A stretch of DNA of 64,000 nucleotides from Chloroflexota bacterium (GCA_016191425.1 JACPOR010000008.1:13835-77834), one strand, 5' to 3'. Numbered from the stretch's first letter, positions 48,021-58,144 are shown. Made by a program: numbers and translations. The notes: a model not told the origin generated them from the letters alone.

Positions 48021-49072
48021 GCTTCTTCGCGCTCCACGGCCACGCGAGTCGCCGGCCGGCGGCTCGGCACCGGGATGTCCGAGACATTCGGCACGAACGA
48101 CGCCGCCATCGCCGTCGCCGCGGCGTGCTCCTGTTCCTCGACGGACAGGATGCCGAGGCGCCCCAGCGTCGCGAGCTCGTCGCGGATGTAGGTCTTGAGC
48201 ATCTCGGGACCATCGGTCGAGATGGTGAACCGGACGTCGTTCCGCCGGAACGTGTCGAAGATCCAGCGGAGCTCTTCCCAACCGGACACGACCCTGGTAT
48301 TGAGGTTGGAGGTGGGACAGATCTCGAGGACGATGCCGCGCTCGCGGATCATGGCCATCGCGCGGGGATCGTAGGCGGCCTTGACGCCGTGACCGATCCG
48401 GTCCGGCTCGAGGAGCTCCACGACGCGGGCGACTTCGTCCACCGGGCCCGACTCTCCCGTGTGGATCGTGATGCCCAGGCCGTACTGGCGGGCGCGGCGC
48501 ATGAGCTTTCGGTAGTCGGCGACGCGGAAGGTGGACGACTCCGGCCCGGCGATGTCGAGCCCGACGACCCCGCGATCCCGCCACAGGATGGCCTTCTCCG
48601 CGATGATCTCATTGAGCTGGTAGGGAAACGCCCGATCGAGGCAGAAGATCAGGCCGGGCTTGACCGGGTACTCCAGCCGGGCACGATCCATGCCCCGGAC
48701 GGCAGCCGCGATGATGTGGTCGAGGTCCTGCTCGCCGCCCCGATTTCGCTTCATCGGGTTGAACCGAAGCTCCATCGTGGTGATGTTGTTCTTGCGATAG
48801 GCCCCGCCGACGACTTCGTAGACGCTCCGCTCCACGGCTAGTGGGGAACTCTGGATGAGCTCGGTCCAGTGGAACAGCTGGAGGTACGTTTCGAATGATT
48901 TGGCGGCCCGGGTGTTGACCGTGATCAGCTCGCGGAAACCCCAATAGTCCTTCGTCGGGAGCTTGATGCCCTGTGAGTGGGCGATGCCCCACATGATCGA
49001 GGGCGTGACGGCCGCGCCGAGATGGCAGTGGAGTTCGGCAAGCGGGACGGAGCGGGAGAGCTGGCGGGCCAT
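48017..49072 (-). CDS. add: Adenosine deaminase family protein
   Basis: ELHCHLG, GLDIAGPE, TIHTGE, RIGHG, EICPTSN, STDGP. Confidence 0.92.
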   Translation of the reverse strand: MARQLSRSVPLAELHCHLGAAVTPSIMWGIAHSQGIKLPTKDYWGFRELITVNTRAAKSFETYLQLFHWTELIQSSPLAVERSVYEVVGGAYRKNNITTMELRFNPMKRNRGGEQDLDHIIAAAVRGMDRARLEYPVKPGLIFCLDRAFPYQLNEIIAEKAILWRDRGVVGLDIAGPESSTFRVADYRKLMRRARQYGLGITIHTGESGPVDEVARVVELLEPDRIGHGVKAAYDPRAMAMIRERGIVLEICPTSNLNTRVVSGWEELRWIFDTFRRNDVRFTISTDGPEMLKTYIRDELATLGRLGILSVEEQEHAAATAMAASFVPNVSDIPVPSRRPATRVAVEREEA

Positions 49073-49102
49073 CAGGACCGAGGATACGCGCTCAACTGAC
49101 CG

Positions 49103-50164
49103 TCATCCGGCCAGAGGAACGACTCGACCCTCGGAATCGAGGGTTGCCTGGCGGCGGCGCATGGCCCTGAGCTCGGCGCCCGGAACCTGGTCGCGAGCGT
49201 GGTAGCTGGACCGGACCAGCGGACCGGACTCGACGTGCTTGAAGCCCAGAGCGAGGGCCTCGACCTTCATGGCCGCGAACTCATCGGGGTGGTAGTAGCG
49301 CTCGAGGGGCAGGTGCCTCATCGACGGTCGGAGGTATTGCCCGATGGTCAGGATGTCGCAGTCGACCTCGCGCAGGGCGACGAATGCCTCGGTCATCTCC
49401 TCGCGCGACTCGCCCAGTCCGACCATCAGCGAACTCTTGGTGTGAACGTCGTGACCGTACTCGGCGGCATAGACCTTGGCACGCTCCAGGACGCCGAGCG
49501 TCCGATCCCAACGGGCGCGCTTTCGGACAGGTTTCTGAAGGCGTTTCACGGTCTCCAGGTTGTGATTGAGGATGTCGGGACCGGCTTCCATGACCGTCCG
49601 CAGGGGTGCTTCCTCCCCGTTGAAGTCCGGAATCAGGACCTCGACGCCCATCCCCGGCACGCGGCCGCGCAGCTCGCGGATCGTCTCGGCGAAGACGTGC
49701 GCACCACCGTCGGGCATGTCGTCGCGGGCCACCGACGTCACCACGACGTGCTCCAGTCCGAGGTTCTCGAGCGCGTCGGCGACACGCCGCGGCTCGTCGT
49801 CGTCGAACCAGGTGGGCTTGCCGGTCTTGATATTGCAGAAGCCGCAGGCCCGGGTGCAGGTGTCGCCGAGGATCATGATCGTGGCGGTGCGCTGGTCCCA
49901 GCACTCCCCGACGTTCGGGCAATGGGCTTCCTCGCAGACCGTGTTGAGATTAAGGCCGCGGAGGAGCCGCTTGAGATCCTGGTAGTTCTCGCCCGATGGC
50001 ATTCGTGCCTTGATCCAGTCGGGGTGCCGCCGCAGCGGCATCGATCCGTCGACTGGCTCGAGTCCGAAGGGGCCGCCGCCGCCCATCGCTATCGAAAGCG
50101 ACGCCGCGGGGGCATGCCCGTGCCCGGCGTCGGGCGGCTGGAACATCGGAAGCTCGCGAGCCAT
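49103..50164 (-). CDS. lipA: Lipoyl synthase
   Basis: TVCEEAHCPNVGECW, CTRACGFC, GPLVRSSYHA. Confidence 0.98.
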   Translation of the reverse strand: MARELPMFQPPDAGHGHAPAASLSIAMGGGGPFGLEPVDGSMPLRRHPDWIKARMPSGENYQDLKRLLRGLNLNTVCEEAHCPNVGECWDQRTATIMILGDTCTRACGFCNIKTGKPTWFDDDEPRRVADALENLGLEHVVVTSVARDDMPDGGAHVFAETIRELRGRVPGMGVEVLIPDFNGEEAPLRTVMEAGPDILNHNLETVKRLQKPVRKRARWDRTLGVLERAKVYAAEYGHDVHTKSSLMVGLGESREEMTEAFVALREVDCDILTIGQYLRPSMRHLPLERYYHPDEFAAMKVEALALGFKHVESGPLVRSSYHARDQVPGAELRAMRRRQATLDSEGRVVPLAG

Positions 50165-50168
50165 TGCG

Positions 50169-51815
50169 CTAGTAGATCGGAGTCGCAGGACTGATCGCCT
50201 CGAGCCAGGCCTTGATGTCCCGAAGCAGGGCTGCTCCGCCGGCGCCGTCGTTGGCGCGATGATCGACGCCGAGCACCATGTTCATGATCGAACGGATCGC
50301 GATGACGTCGCCCTCGGGCGTCTCAACGACCACCGGCCGCTTGGTGATCCGGTCCATGGTCACGATTCCGACCTCGGGGACGTTCATGATCGGCATGACC
50401 ATGTTTGTACCGAGCCAGCCGGTGTTGTCGACCGTGAAGGTCCCGCCGCCGAAGTCGTCCACGCGGAGCTTCCCGGCCCGTGACCGCTCGGACACCGCCG
50501 CGATGGCGATATTGATCCCGGAGATCGAGAGCTGGTCCACGTCCCGGATGACCGGCACGATCAGGCCGTCGGCCACGGCGACCGCGATCCCGACGTTGAT
50601 CCGGCGCTTGGCCATGAGTCCCTGTTCGGTCCAGTGGGCGTTGAATGCGGGATTGCGGCGCAGCGCCTCGGCCGACGCCTTGACGACGAAGGGCACGAAG
50701 CTCAGCGGGATCCCCTCCCGAGCCTGGTAGTCCTTCTTGTTCCGTTCGCGGAAGCGGACCAGACTCGATACATCGACCTCCACTTGTACGTAGGCATGCG
50801 GGACCTGGAGGGCACGGGTCATCTGCGCGGCGATTCCCTTCCGCATCTGGGTCATGGGAATCAGGACCTCGTCCGCGCCGGCCGGGAACACGATGCCGGG
50901 GCCGGGCGACGTCGTTCGAGCCGGGGTCGATGCATCGGCCGCCGCTGCGACGACCGGGCTGCTCGACCGGCCCACCTGGGCAGGGCTCGGCGCGACAGTC
51001 GGGATTGACGTTCCGCGGGTGGCGTCCTGCTTGCCGACCGGCTGCCCGGTCCGCTGCGACTCGACGTAGTCGGTGACGTCTTGCCGGGTAATCCGGCCGC
51101 CGCCACCGGTGCCGACGACCATCGCCGACTGGAGACCGTGCTCGCGGAGCAGGCGCCGAACCGCGGGCGTCATGCGAGCGTCGGGATTGCCCGGGAGCTC
51201 GTGGAGCGCCCGCTCATCCGAGCCGGCGGGCCCAGGGGTCGTCATGGGCGCCGCGGCCGACGCGGTGACGGGTGGTGCCGCAGCCCCTGCCGCGGGTTCG
51301 GGCCCCGCCGGAGCGGAGGCTGCCGGAGCGGAGGCTGCCGGAGCGGGCGCTGGCGGAGCAGTGGGCGCGGGCGTTGCCGCGGGCGCCGCTGGAGCAGTGG
51401 GCGCCTCCGCTGTTGCTGCGGGCGCCGCTGGAGCAGTGGGCGCCTCCGCTGTTGCTGCGGGCGCCGCTGGAGCAGTGGGCGCCTCCACTGTTGCTGCGGA
51501 CGCCATTGGAGCAGTGGGCGCCTCCACTGTTGCTGGCGCCGCCGCATGCTTTACGGGCGCGGCCGATGCGGCGGCACTGCCGACCTCGTCGATGATCGCG
51601 ATCTCGGCATTGTTCGGAACGGTCTCACCCTCCTGGACGAGGATTTCGCTCAGGATGCCTTCGTACGGGGATGGGACCTCGGCGTTGACCTTGTCTGTGA
51701 TCACCTCGAGCAACGGCTCGTATTTGTCGATGTGATCGCCCGGCTGCTTGAGCCACTTGCCGATCGTTCCCTCGGCCACGCTCTCGCCCAGCTGGGGCAT
51801 CGTCACCTTGACCAC
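50169..51815 (-). CDS. bkdB: 2-oxoacid dehydrogenase E2 (branched-chain type)
   Basis: MPQLGESVAEG...TDKVNAEVPSP lipoyl domain, TPAVRRL E3-binding domain, DHRANDG catalytic motif; GAGGAGG RBS. Confidence 0.93.
   Translation of the reverse strand: MVKVTMPQLGESVAEGTIGKWLKQPGDHIDKYEPLLEVITDKVNAEVPSPYEGILSEILVQEGETVPNNAEIAIIDEVGSAAASAAPVKHAAAPATVEAPTAPMASAATVEAPTAPAAPAATAEAPTAPAAPAATAEAPTAPAAPAATPAPTAPPAPAPAASAPAASAPAGPEPAAGAAAPPVTASAAAPMTTPGPAGSDERALHELPGNPDARMTPAVRRLLREHGLQSAMVVGTGGGGRITRQDVTDYVESQRTGQPVGKQDATRGTSIPTVAPSPAQVGRSSSPVVAAAADASTPARTTSPGPGIVFPAGADEVLIPMTQMRKGIAAQMTRALQVPHAYVQVEVDVSSLVRFRERNKKDYQAREGIPLSFVPFVVKASAEALRRNPAFNAHWTEQGLMAKRRINVGIAVAVADGLIVPVIRDVDQLSISGINIAIAAVSERSRAGKLRVDDFGGGTFTVDNTGWLGTNMVMPIMNVPEVGIVTMDRITKRPVVVETPEGDVIAIRSIMNMVLGVDHRANDGAGGAALLRDIKAWLEAISPATPIY
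51379..51534. repeat. 4 x 39-bp coding tandem repeat in the E2 Ala/Pro linker
   Basis: Units at 51379, 51418, 51457 and 51496 encode ATAEAPTAPAAPA variants. Confidence 0.9.
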
Positions 51816-52032
51816 TGAGTCGGACCCTCCTCGCGGAACGTGGGGCGCGTGTCCTGCCGGGCCCGCCGACGGGATGGCACGTAGTGTCGCCCATCCGGCG
51901 TTCATATGCCACCGCCTCCGAACCGTGCGGGTGCGCGGGCGAACTGCGATCGGTGTTTGCGCGATCTCCCGCCCAGCCCGACCGGTCCGCCCAGCGCGAC
52001 CAGGGCCCGCGCGGCAAGCCCAGGGCCCAGAT

Positions 52033-52097
52033 ACGAACCGGGTTCGTGCTATCGCCCGCGGAAGCCAATGTTCGGCCCAATTACGAACCGGGCTCGT
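52033..52097. repeat. Pair of 15-bp palindromes, 50 bp apart
   Basis: ACGAACCGGGTTCGT at 52033 and ACGAACCGGGCTCGT at 52083, each preceded by GGCCCA-NN-T. Confidence 0.85.
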
Positions 52098-52893
52098 GGA
52101 AGGTGCGGGAAGCTGCCGCTGACTCCGATGCGGCCTGTCGAGTCGTGCTCGACACGAGCGTGGAAGGGCCGGCGATCGCCGCCCGAACGCGTCGTCGACT
52201 GACAGGACCGCACCTACCACGAACGACGTTCGTAAATGGCAGAAATATGAGTAGTCCAGTGGCACCGGACGGCGCCTGGAGCCAGCCGCGGGCCGCGACT
52301 CCGGCGAGAGGATACGTTCGCGCCAACACAGCGTCATGGCTGGCAACGCGTCGGCGCGCCGTGGACGAATCGGGCAGAACAAGCATCCGAGCCACCACCC
52401 GGCCGCGCCAGCCCGCGCGCTCGAGTGCGACCCTGAGGGCAACGCGAGCCTTCATGTCGTGCGTGCGAAGCGTTTCCTCGACGGACGTGAGTTGTGTCTT
52501 CACCTCGACGACAAGCACGGTCGAGGTCGACGGATGCCAGGCGAGGACGTCGATCGATCCACGGTCCGCGTAGATCGCGAACGTCACCTCCGGAATCACG
52601 ACCCAGCCGGCTGCATCGAGGACCGCCGCTGCCCGGCCCAGGAGGGCCGCGTGCCCCTCGTCCACCAACCGGTCGATGTCGCCCCCGCGCCACCGGATGG
52701 TGACGGTGAGATCAGCGCCGAGCTTCTGAACGAGCTCGTCGAGGATGCGGACGCGGACGCCGCCGAGTTGGCCTCGTTCGATGAGCGACACGAGATCCTG
52801 GCTCACCCCGGCAGCCTCGCCGAGATCCGTTTGGCGCAGACCCTTCCTGATCCGGAGGGCTCGAATGGTCCGCCCAAGTCGAACGGCATCCAT
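52081..52893 (-). CDS. XRE-type HTH fused to PD-(D/E)XK nuclease-like domain
   Basis: IRALRIRKGLRQTDLGEAAGVSQDLVSLIERG HTH; PEVTF...GSIDVLAWHP...LVVEVKT nuclease motif. Confidence 0.9.
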   Translation of the reverse strand: MDAVRLGRTIRALRIRKGLRQTDLGEAAGVSQDLVSLIERGQLGGVRVRILDELVQKLGADLTVTIRWRGGDIDRLVDEGHAALLGRAAAVLDAAGWVVIPEVTFAIYADRGSIDVLAWHPSTSTVLVVEVKTQLTSVEETLRTHDMKARVALRVALERAGWRGRVVARMLVLPDSSTARRRVASHDAVLARTYPLAGVAARGWLQAPSGATGLLIFLPFTNVVRGRCGPVSRRRVRAAIAGPSTLVSSTTRQAASESAAASRTFHEPGS

Positions 52894-52980
52894 AGCGGGG
52901 ATGGTGGCGGGATGGGCTTACGTCGTGATCATCCGGCGGTGGCCGGGCGTCGCGTCTCCGCCGCACGAACTCGCGCCAAG

Positions 52981-53164
52981 TCCGATCCGGGGTTCGGCGA
53001 TCCCGAGGACCGCCAATCCGCGCCCAGTCGCCTCACGCCCAGTCGCCTCGCAACCAATCCGATCCGGGGGCCGGCGATCCCGAGGGCGAGCCAATCGGAA
53101 CCCACGCCGATCGGAACCCACGCCGATCGGCGCCAACCCGCCCACGCCGATCGGCGCCAATCCG
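52981..53164. repeat. Nested short direct repeats upstream of the HTH-nuclease gene
   Basis: ~29-bp TCCGATCCGGGG..CGGCGATCCCGAGG at 52981 and 53058; CGCCCAGTCGCCTC at 53021 and 53036; CCCACGCCGATCGG at 53101, 53117 and 53141. Confidence 0.85.
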
Positions 53165-53173
53165 TCCCCTCGA

Positions 53174-54157
53174 TCAGTACGCGGCGAGCTTCCTGATGCC
53201 GTCGGCGATCTTCTCCGGATTGACCATGAACCAGTCCTCGAGGACGTGGTTGTAGGGCACCCCGGGAACGTCCGGCCCGGCGATCCGTGTCACGGGCCCG
53301 TCGAGGTAGTCGAACGCCTCCTCAGCGACGATCGCGGCCACCTCGGCACCGTAGCCGCCGAACCGGTTGTCCTCGTATACGACGAGGCACTTGCCGGTCT
53401 TCCGGACGGAATTGAGGACCGTTTCCTTGTCGATCGGACGGAGCGTACGGAGGTCCACGACCTCCACGCTGATCCCCTCGTCCATGACGACATCCGCGGC
53501 CTCGAGCGCGTAGTGGGCCATCAAGCCATAGGCGATCACCGTCACGCGCGAGCCTGCGCGGGTGACCGCCGCGCGGCCGAGCGGGATCGTGTAGTCCGTG
53601 TCCGGCACGTCGCCGCGGACCGATCGGTACATCTTCTTGTGCTCGAAGAACAGGACCGGGTCGTCGTCGCGGATCGACGAGCGGAGCAGGCCCCTGGCGT
53701 CGTATGGCGTCGACGGAATGACGATCTTGAGGCCCGGGATGTGGGTGAAGAACGCCTCGACCGACTGGGAGTGGTAGAGCGCGCCGTGCACTCCCCCGCC
53801 GTACGGAGCCCGGATCGTCATCGGGACGCCGAACCCGTTGTTGGATCGGTAGCGCATCCGGGCCGCCTCGGACAGGATCTGGTTGAACGCCGGGAAGATG
53901 AAGTCGGCGAACTGGATCTCGGCGACGGGGCGCAGCCCGTTCATCGAGGCGCCGATCGAGGTTCCGACGATCATCGATTCGGTCAGCGGGGTATCGATGA
54001 CGCGATCGTCACCGAATTCGGCCCACAGCCCGTCCGTCGCCAGGAACACCCCGCCTTTCTTGCCCACATCCTCGCCGAGCACGATCACCGTCGGATCGCG
54101 GCGCATCTCGTCGGCGAGCGTTTCGCGGATCGCCTCGATGAAGGTCTTCAGGGCCAT
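53174..54157 (-). CDS. bkdAB: 2-oxoacid dehydrogenase E1 beta (branched-chain type)
   Basis: GEDVGKKGGVF, DTPLTES, EIQFADF, GALYHSQS, FFEHKK. Confidence 0.93.
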   Translation of the reverse strand: MALKTFIEAIRETLADEMRRDPTVIVLGEDVGKKGGVFLATDGLWAEFGDDRVIDTPLTESMIVGTSIGASMNGLRPVAEIQFADFIFPAFNQILSEAARMRYRSNNGFGVPMTIRAPYGGGVHGALYHSQSVEAFFTHIPGLKIVIPSTPYDARGLLRSSIRDDDPVLFFEHKKMYRSVRGDVPDTDYTIPLGRAAVTRAGSRVTVIAYGLMAHYALEAADVVMDEGISVEVVDLRTLRPIDKETVLNSVRKTGKCLVVYEDNRFGGYGAEVAAIVAEEAFDYLDGPVTRIAGPDVPGVPYNHVLEDWFMVNPEKIADGIRKLAAY

Positions 54158-55242
54158 CAGTGGCCCCCGCCCGACCCGTCGTGCGACGTACCCGGCCCGG
54201 TGAGCCCCCACGGCGGCGGGGTCTCGGAGGGCCATTCCTCGGCGTAGACCCACTGCATCGCCGTCGATGGTTCCGGGTCGGGCTGGGCTTCCGCATACTC
54301 GGTGGCCGCGTGGACCTCGGCCTTGATCTCGGCATTGAGCCGGACCTCGACCGCTTCGGTGAGCACGCCGGCCTCGGCGAGCTGCGATCGAAATTGGGGC
54401 AGCGCATCCATGGCCTTGAGACCCGCGAGTTCCTGCTCGGGTCGGTACTTGGTCTGCTGGTCGTCGGACGAATGCGCGGTCAGTCGGATGACCTTGGCCT
54501 CGATGAGCGTGGGGCCGTCACCGCGCCGGGCACGCTCGACCGCTTCGCGTCCGGCCGCATAGCATGCCAGGACATCGGAGCCGTCCACCACGACCCCGGG
54601 GATCCCGTACCCCGATGCGCGATCCGCCACGTGTTCCGTGGCGAGCTCCTGGCTCGCCGGGACGCTGATCGCGGAGCCGTTGTTCTCGACCACGAGGATG
54701 AACGGCAGCCGGTGGATGGCAGCGAAGTTGAGGCCCTCGTGGACATCGCCCTGGTTCGAGCTCCCCTCGCCCATCGAGGTCATGGCGACCTGACCGGTCT
54801 TGCGGATCCTGGCCGCCAGGGCGATGCCGACAGCGTGGAGCATCTGCGTCGCGACCGGCGAGGACAGCGACACGAGGTGGTTCTCGGCGTTGCCGTAGTG
54901 GCCCGGCATCTGGCGACCACCCGACGACGGGTCGGCAGCCTTGGCGTATTGCGCCATCAGGATGTCCTGGGCCGACATCCCGAAGGCCAGGCAGGTTGCG
55001 ATTGATCGATAGAACGGCGCGATCCAGTCCTTCTTGCGTTCGAGTGGCCAGGCCAGACCCACCTGCGCGCCCTCGTGGCCCTGGCCGCTGATCACGAACG
55101 GGATCCGCCCTGCCCGGTTGAGAATCCACATCCGCTCATCGACCGCACGTGCCAGCGCGACGGTTCGGTACATCGCGATGAGGTCGGCATCCGTCAGGCC
55201 GACCGATGCGGCGAGGTCCGACTGCGCGCTACCGGTCGTCAT
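54157..55242 (-). CDS. bkdAA: 2-oxoacid dehydrogenase E1 alpha (branched-chain type)
   Basis: RAGRIPFVISGQGHE, SGGRQMPGH, GEGSSNQGD...ENN ThDP motif, AHSSDD; resembles Bacillus BkdAA. Confidence 0.92.
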   Translation of the reverse strand: MTTGSAQSDLAASVGLTDADLIAMYRTVALARAVDERMWILNRAGRIPFVISGQGHEGAQVGLAWPLERKKDWIAPFYRSIATCLAFGMSAQDILMAQYAKAADPSSGGRQMPGHYGNAENHLVSLSSPVATQMLHAVGIALAARIRKTGQVAMTSMGEGSSNQGDVHEGLNFAAIHRLPFILVVENNGSAISVPASQELATEHVADRASGYGIPGVVVDGSDVLACYAAGREAVERARRGDGPTLIEAKVIRLTAHSSDDQQTKYRPEQELAGLKAMDALPQFRSQLAEAGVLTEAVEVRLNAEIKAEVHAATEYAEAQPDPEPSTAMQWVYAEEWPSETPPPWGLTGPGTSHDGSGGGH

Positions 55243-55265
55243 CAGGCGAATCGGCAGTCCATGGC

Positions 55266-56708
55266 TCAGAAGTTGATCGATCGGCCATCGACCGCCATCG
55301 CGGCCTCGCCGATCACTTCGGCGAGCGTCGGGTGGGCATGCGTGGCGGCGCCGATCTCCCAGGGTGTCGCCTCGAGCTCGAACGCCAGCGACGCTTCCGC
55401 GATGAGGTCCGTGGCGTGCGGACCGATGAGGTGGACACCCAGGGTATCGCCCGTGGCCTTGTGCCCGATGACCTTGGCGAAGCCCTCGTATTCGCCACCG
55501 ATGATCGCCTTGGCGATCGCCTGGAACGGGACCTTGCCGACCGCATAGGGGATCTCGCGCTCCTGGCACTGCTGCTCGGTCAGGCCGATCGAGGCGATCT
55601 CCGGGCGGCAGTAGGTGGCTCGGGGTTGCTGGACGTAGTCGATCGGATGGACGTCCGCCTCCCCGGCAATGACATGGGCGGCAACGATGCCCTCGTGGGC
55701 GGCTGTATGGGCGAGCAGGAGCCCCCCCACGATGTCGCCGATCGCGTAGAGATGTGGTTCCCGCGTTCGCATCCGGCCGTCGACCTTCACGAACCCTCGC
55801 TCGATCTCGGCCCTCGTGGTTTCGAGCCCGACATCCTCGATGTTCGGCGCCCGGCCGGTGGCCACCAGGAGCAGGTCGGCGGTCAGCTCCGAGGCCTGCT
55901 TGCCCTCCGGACCGACGGTGATCTTCACGTTCGACTTCGTTGCCTTGACGGACTTGACGTCGAATCGCGCGCTGGTCATCACGGTCACGCCGCGGCGCGT
56001 CAGGCTTCGCTCGAGCAGCTGGCTGACCTCGCGGTCCTCCGCGGGCACGACGGCCGGGAGGTACTCGAGCAGCGTCACGTGGACGCCGAGGTCGTGGTAC
56101 ATGGACGCGAATTCCACGCCGACGGCTCCGGCGCCGATGATGATCACGTCCTTCGGGAGGGCGGCGGCGGTCAGGACATCGTCGGAGGTCACGATCCGCT
56201 TTCCGTCAGGTTCCAGCCCGGACAGCGACTTGACCCGGGAGCCGGTCGCCAGGATGACGTCCGTGCCCCGCAGAACGCGTTCGCCGCCACCACCGGGCGC
56301 TCCGTCCTCGCCGTGCATCTGCACGCGGACGGTGGTGGGACCTTCAAGACGACCTCGACCCTGGATCCAGGCGACCTTGTTCTTGTCCACGAGTGTCTTG
56401 AGGCCGGTCCACATGCGCTTGACGACCTGGTCCCGGCGGGCGGCCATCCGCGCGTAGTCGAGCACGGCCTCGCCGGGGAGGTCGATGCCGAAGTCCGCGG
56501 CATGCCGGATCCGCTCGGCGAAGGCAGCCGATTCGAGGAGTGCCTTGGTCGGGATGCAGCCACGATGGAGACAGGTCCCGCCGATCTTGTCCTCGTCGAC
56601 CAGGGCGACCCGAAGGCCGATCTGGGCCGCCCTGAAGGCTGCGCTGTATCCGCCCGTCCCGGCGCCAAGCACGATGAGATCGAAGTCGTTCGATGAACCG
56701 ACAGCCAT
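55266..56708 (-). CDS. lpdA: Dihydrolipoamide dehydrogenase (E3)
   Basis: GAGTGG, GGTCLHRGCIPTK, HAHPTLAE. Confidence 0.97.
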   Translation of the reverse strand: MAVGSSNDFDLIVLGAGTGGYSAAFRAAQIGLRVALVDEDKIGGTCLHRGCIPTKALLESAAFAERIRHAADFGIDLPGEAVLDYARMAARRDQVVKRMWTGLKTLVDKNKVAWIQGRGRLEGPTTVRVQMHGEDGAPGGGGERVLRGTDVILATGSRVKSLSGLEPDGKRIVTSDDVLTAAALPKDVIIIGAGAVGVEFASMYHDLGVHVTLLEYLPAVVPAEDREVSQLLERSLTRRGVTVMTSARFDVKSVKATKSNVKITVGPEGKQASELTADLLLVATGRAPNIEDVGLETTRAEIERGFVKVDGRMRTREPHLYAIGDIVGGLLLAHTAAHEGIVAAHVIAGEADVHPIDYVQQPRATYCRPEIASIGLTEQQCQEREIPYAVGKVPFQAIAKAIIGGEYEGFAKVIGHKATGDTLGVHLIGPHATDLIAEASLAFELEATPWEIGAATHAHPTLAEVIGEAAMAVDGRSINF

Positions 56709-56950
56709 GATCAGACGGACTCCGGTTCTGCCGCGACGGGCCCGGGATCGGCGGCGGCGGCTCGCATCAAATGGGCCGACCGGGCGGGGAATGCATCGGG
56801 CACGATGGTACGCGGGCGATCCTGAAAGGCGCAAACGGAGGCCCCTCCGGGCGGCGCAAACGGAGGCCGCTCGGGGCGATGATAGACTCGGGCGCGAACC
56901 GGGTGTCCCCGTCCCCCCTCGTGACTCGGGACCCCACCGGAAGGGAAGTC

Positions 56951-57604
56951 GTGGACCCGACGCTGCTTCGCGTGCTCTTGCTGATCGGGGCCTATCTCGC
57001 GGGATCCATTCCGTTCAGCGTGATCGTGGCTCGCCTGACGGGCGGCCCGGATCCGAGGAGCGTCGGATCGGGACGCACCGGCGGCACCAACGCCCTGCGT
57101 GCCCTCGGGCGCAAATGGGCGACCGTCGTGGTGACGGGCGATCTGGCCAAGGGCGTCCTGCCCGTCCTCCTTGCCCGCGTGCTCACGGATGGGGATCCGC
57201 TGGCCGAGGTCCTCGCTGCGGCCGCGGCGGTGTTCGGCAGCTCGCATTCGATCTTCGTCCGTTTCGGGGGCGGTCGTGGCGTCGGGACCGGCGTCGGCAC
57301 GATGCTGGTTATCCAGCCGATCGCGATCGTCATTGCCGCGCCGGTGTTCATCGGGGTCATCCTGATCACACGATACGTGTCGCTCGGCTCACTGCTCGGG
57401 TCGGCCGCGACGTTTCCTGCGATGCTGCTGATCTGGGCGGTGGCGTCGGGCGCCGTGCCCCCGGCCTACCTCGTCTGGGCGGCTGCGGGACCGGCCCTCA
57501 TCTGGCTCGCCCATGCCGACAACATCGATCGTCTGGTGCACGGCACCGAGCGCAAGTTCGATCTGTCCATGCTCGGCGGGCGCGGGCGCAGAGGCGCCGC
57601 ATAG
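56951..57604 (+). CDS. plsY: Glycerol-3-phosphate acyltransferase
   Basis: YLAGSIPFS, GSGRTGGTNALR, DLAKG, FGGGRGVGT, HADNIDRL. Confidence 0.93.
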   Translation: MDPTLLRVLLLIGAYLAGSIPFSVIVARLTGGPDPRSVGSGRTGGTNALRALGRKWATVVVTGDLAKGVLPVLLARVLTDGDPLAEVLAAAAAVFGSSHSIFVRFGGGRGVGTGVGTMLVIQPIAIVIAAPVFIGVILITRYVSLGSLLGSAATFPAMLLIWAVASGAVPPAYLVWAAAGPALIWLAHADNIDRLVHGTERKFDLSMLGGRGRRGAA

Positions 57605-57634
57605 GTTGGACTCGGAGGCGGCCCGAGGTACTCG

Positions 57635-58144
57635 TCAGGACGGCGGTGGAATCTCACTGAGCCGGTTGTCTTGGTCTGCGAAGTCCCAGACATCCAACGC
57701 CGGCGGCTCCACACCCAGGTTCGTCAACGCGGTGCAGACCTGGCTTCGATGATCGGTCCCGTGATGCAGCGCCTGGGCGAGCCGGATGCCCAGCGGAGCG
57801 AGGCTTTGCGATCCGTCGTCGCGAACGCGGGTGACGACGACATCAGGATCCAGGTTCTGGGCCACGAGTTCATTCCAGGCGGCGCAGTTGACCTCCATCG
57901 CGGCCCGCAACTCCCCGAGGTCCATCGCGGGCTCGTCGATAGTCGGCACGAGCCCGCCTGTCAGGGCGAACAGGTACGACGAATCGCCCCCGACCGTGTG
58001 GCGCATCGTGTCGAGGATGGAGCCGTACGTTCCCGCCACGCTCGTCCCGAGCTGGTCTGGAGTCAGCTGCAAGCAGGTATCAATCAACCGAAGGGTCGCC
58101 CACACGTGGTGCGCGAACGCGTCCTCGAGCAGTGATCTTGTCAT
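57635..58144 (-). CDS. DinB family protein
   Basis: FAHHVWATLRL, GTYGSILDTMRH, QALHHGTDHRSQV; TACGAT 6 nt upstream of ATG. Confidence 0.92.
   Translation of the reverse strand: MTRSLLEDAFAHHVWATLRLIDTCLQLTPDQLGTSVAGTYGSILDTMRHTVGGDSSYLFALTGGLVPTIDEPAMDLGELRAAMEVNCAAWNELVAQNLDPDVVVTRVRDDGSQSLAPLGIRLAQALHHGTDHRSQVCTALTNLGVEPPALDVWDFADQDNRLSEIPPPS

Noticed and set aside
51816-52442. Long N-terminal extension of E2 (likewise track extensions of the epimerase, E1-alpha and DinB)
   Set aside because: Clear downstream starts exist with an RBS, a -10 box or a stop/start overlap, and the extensions overlap other genes or non-coding DNA.
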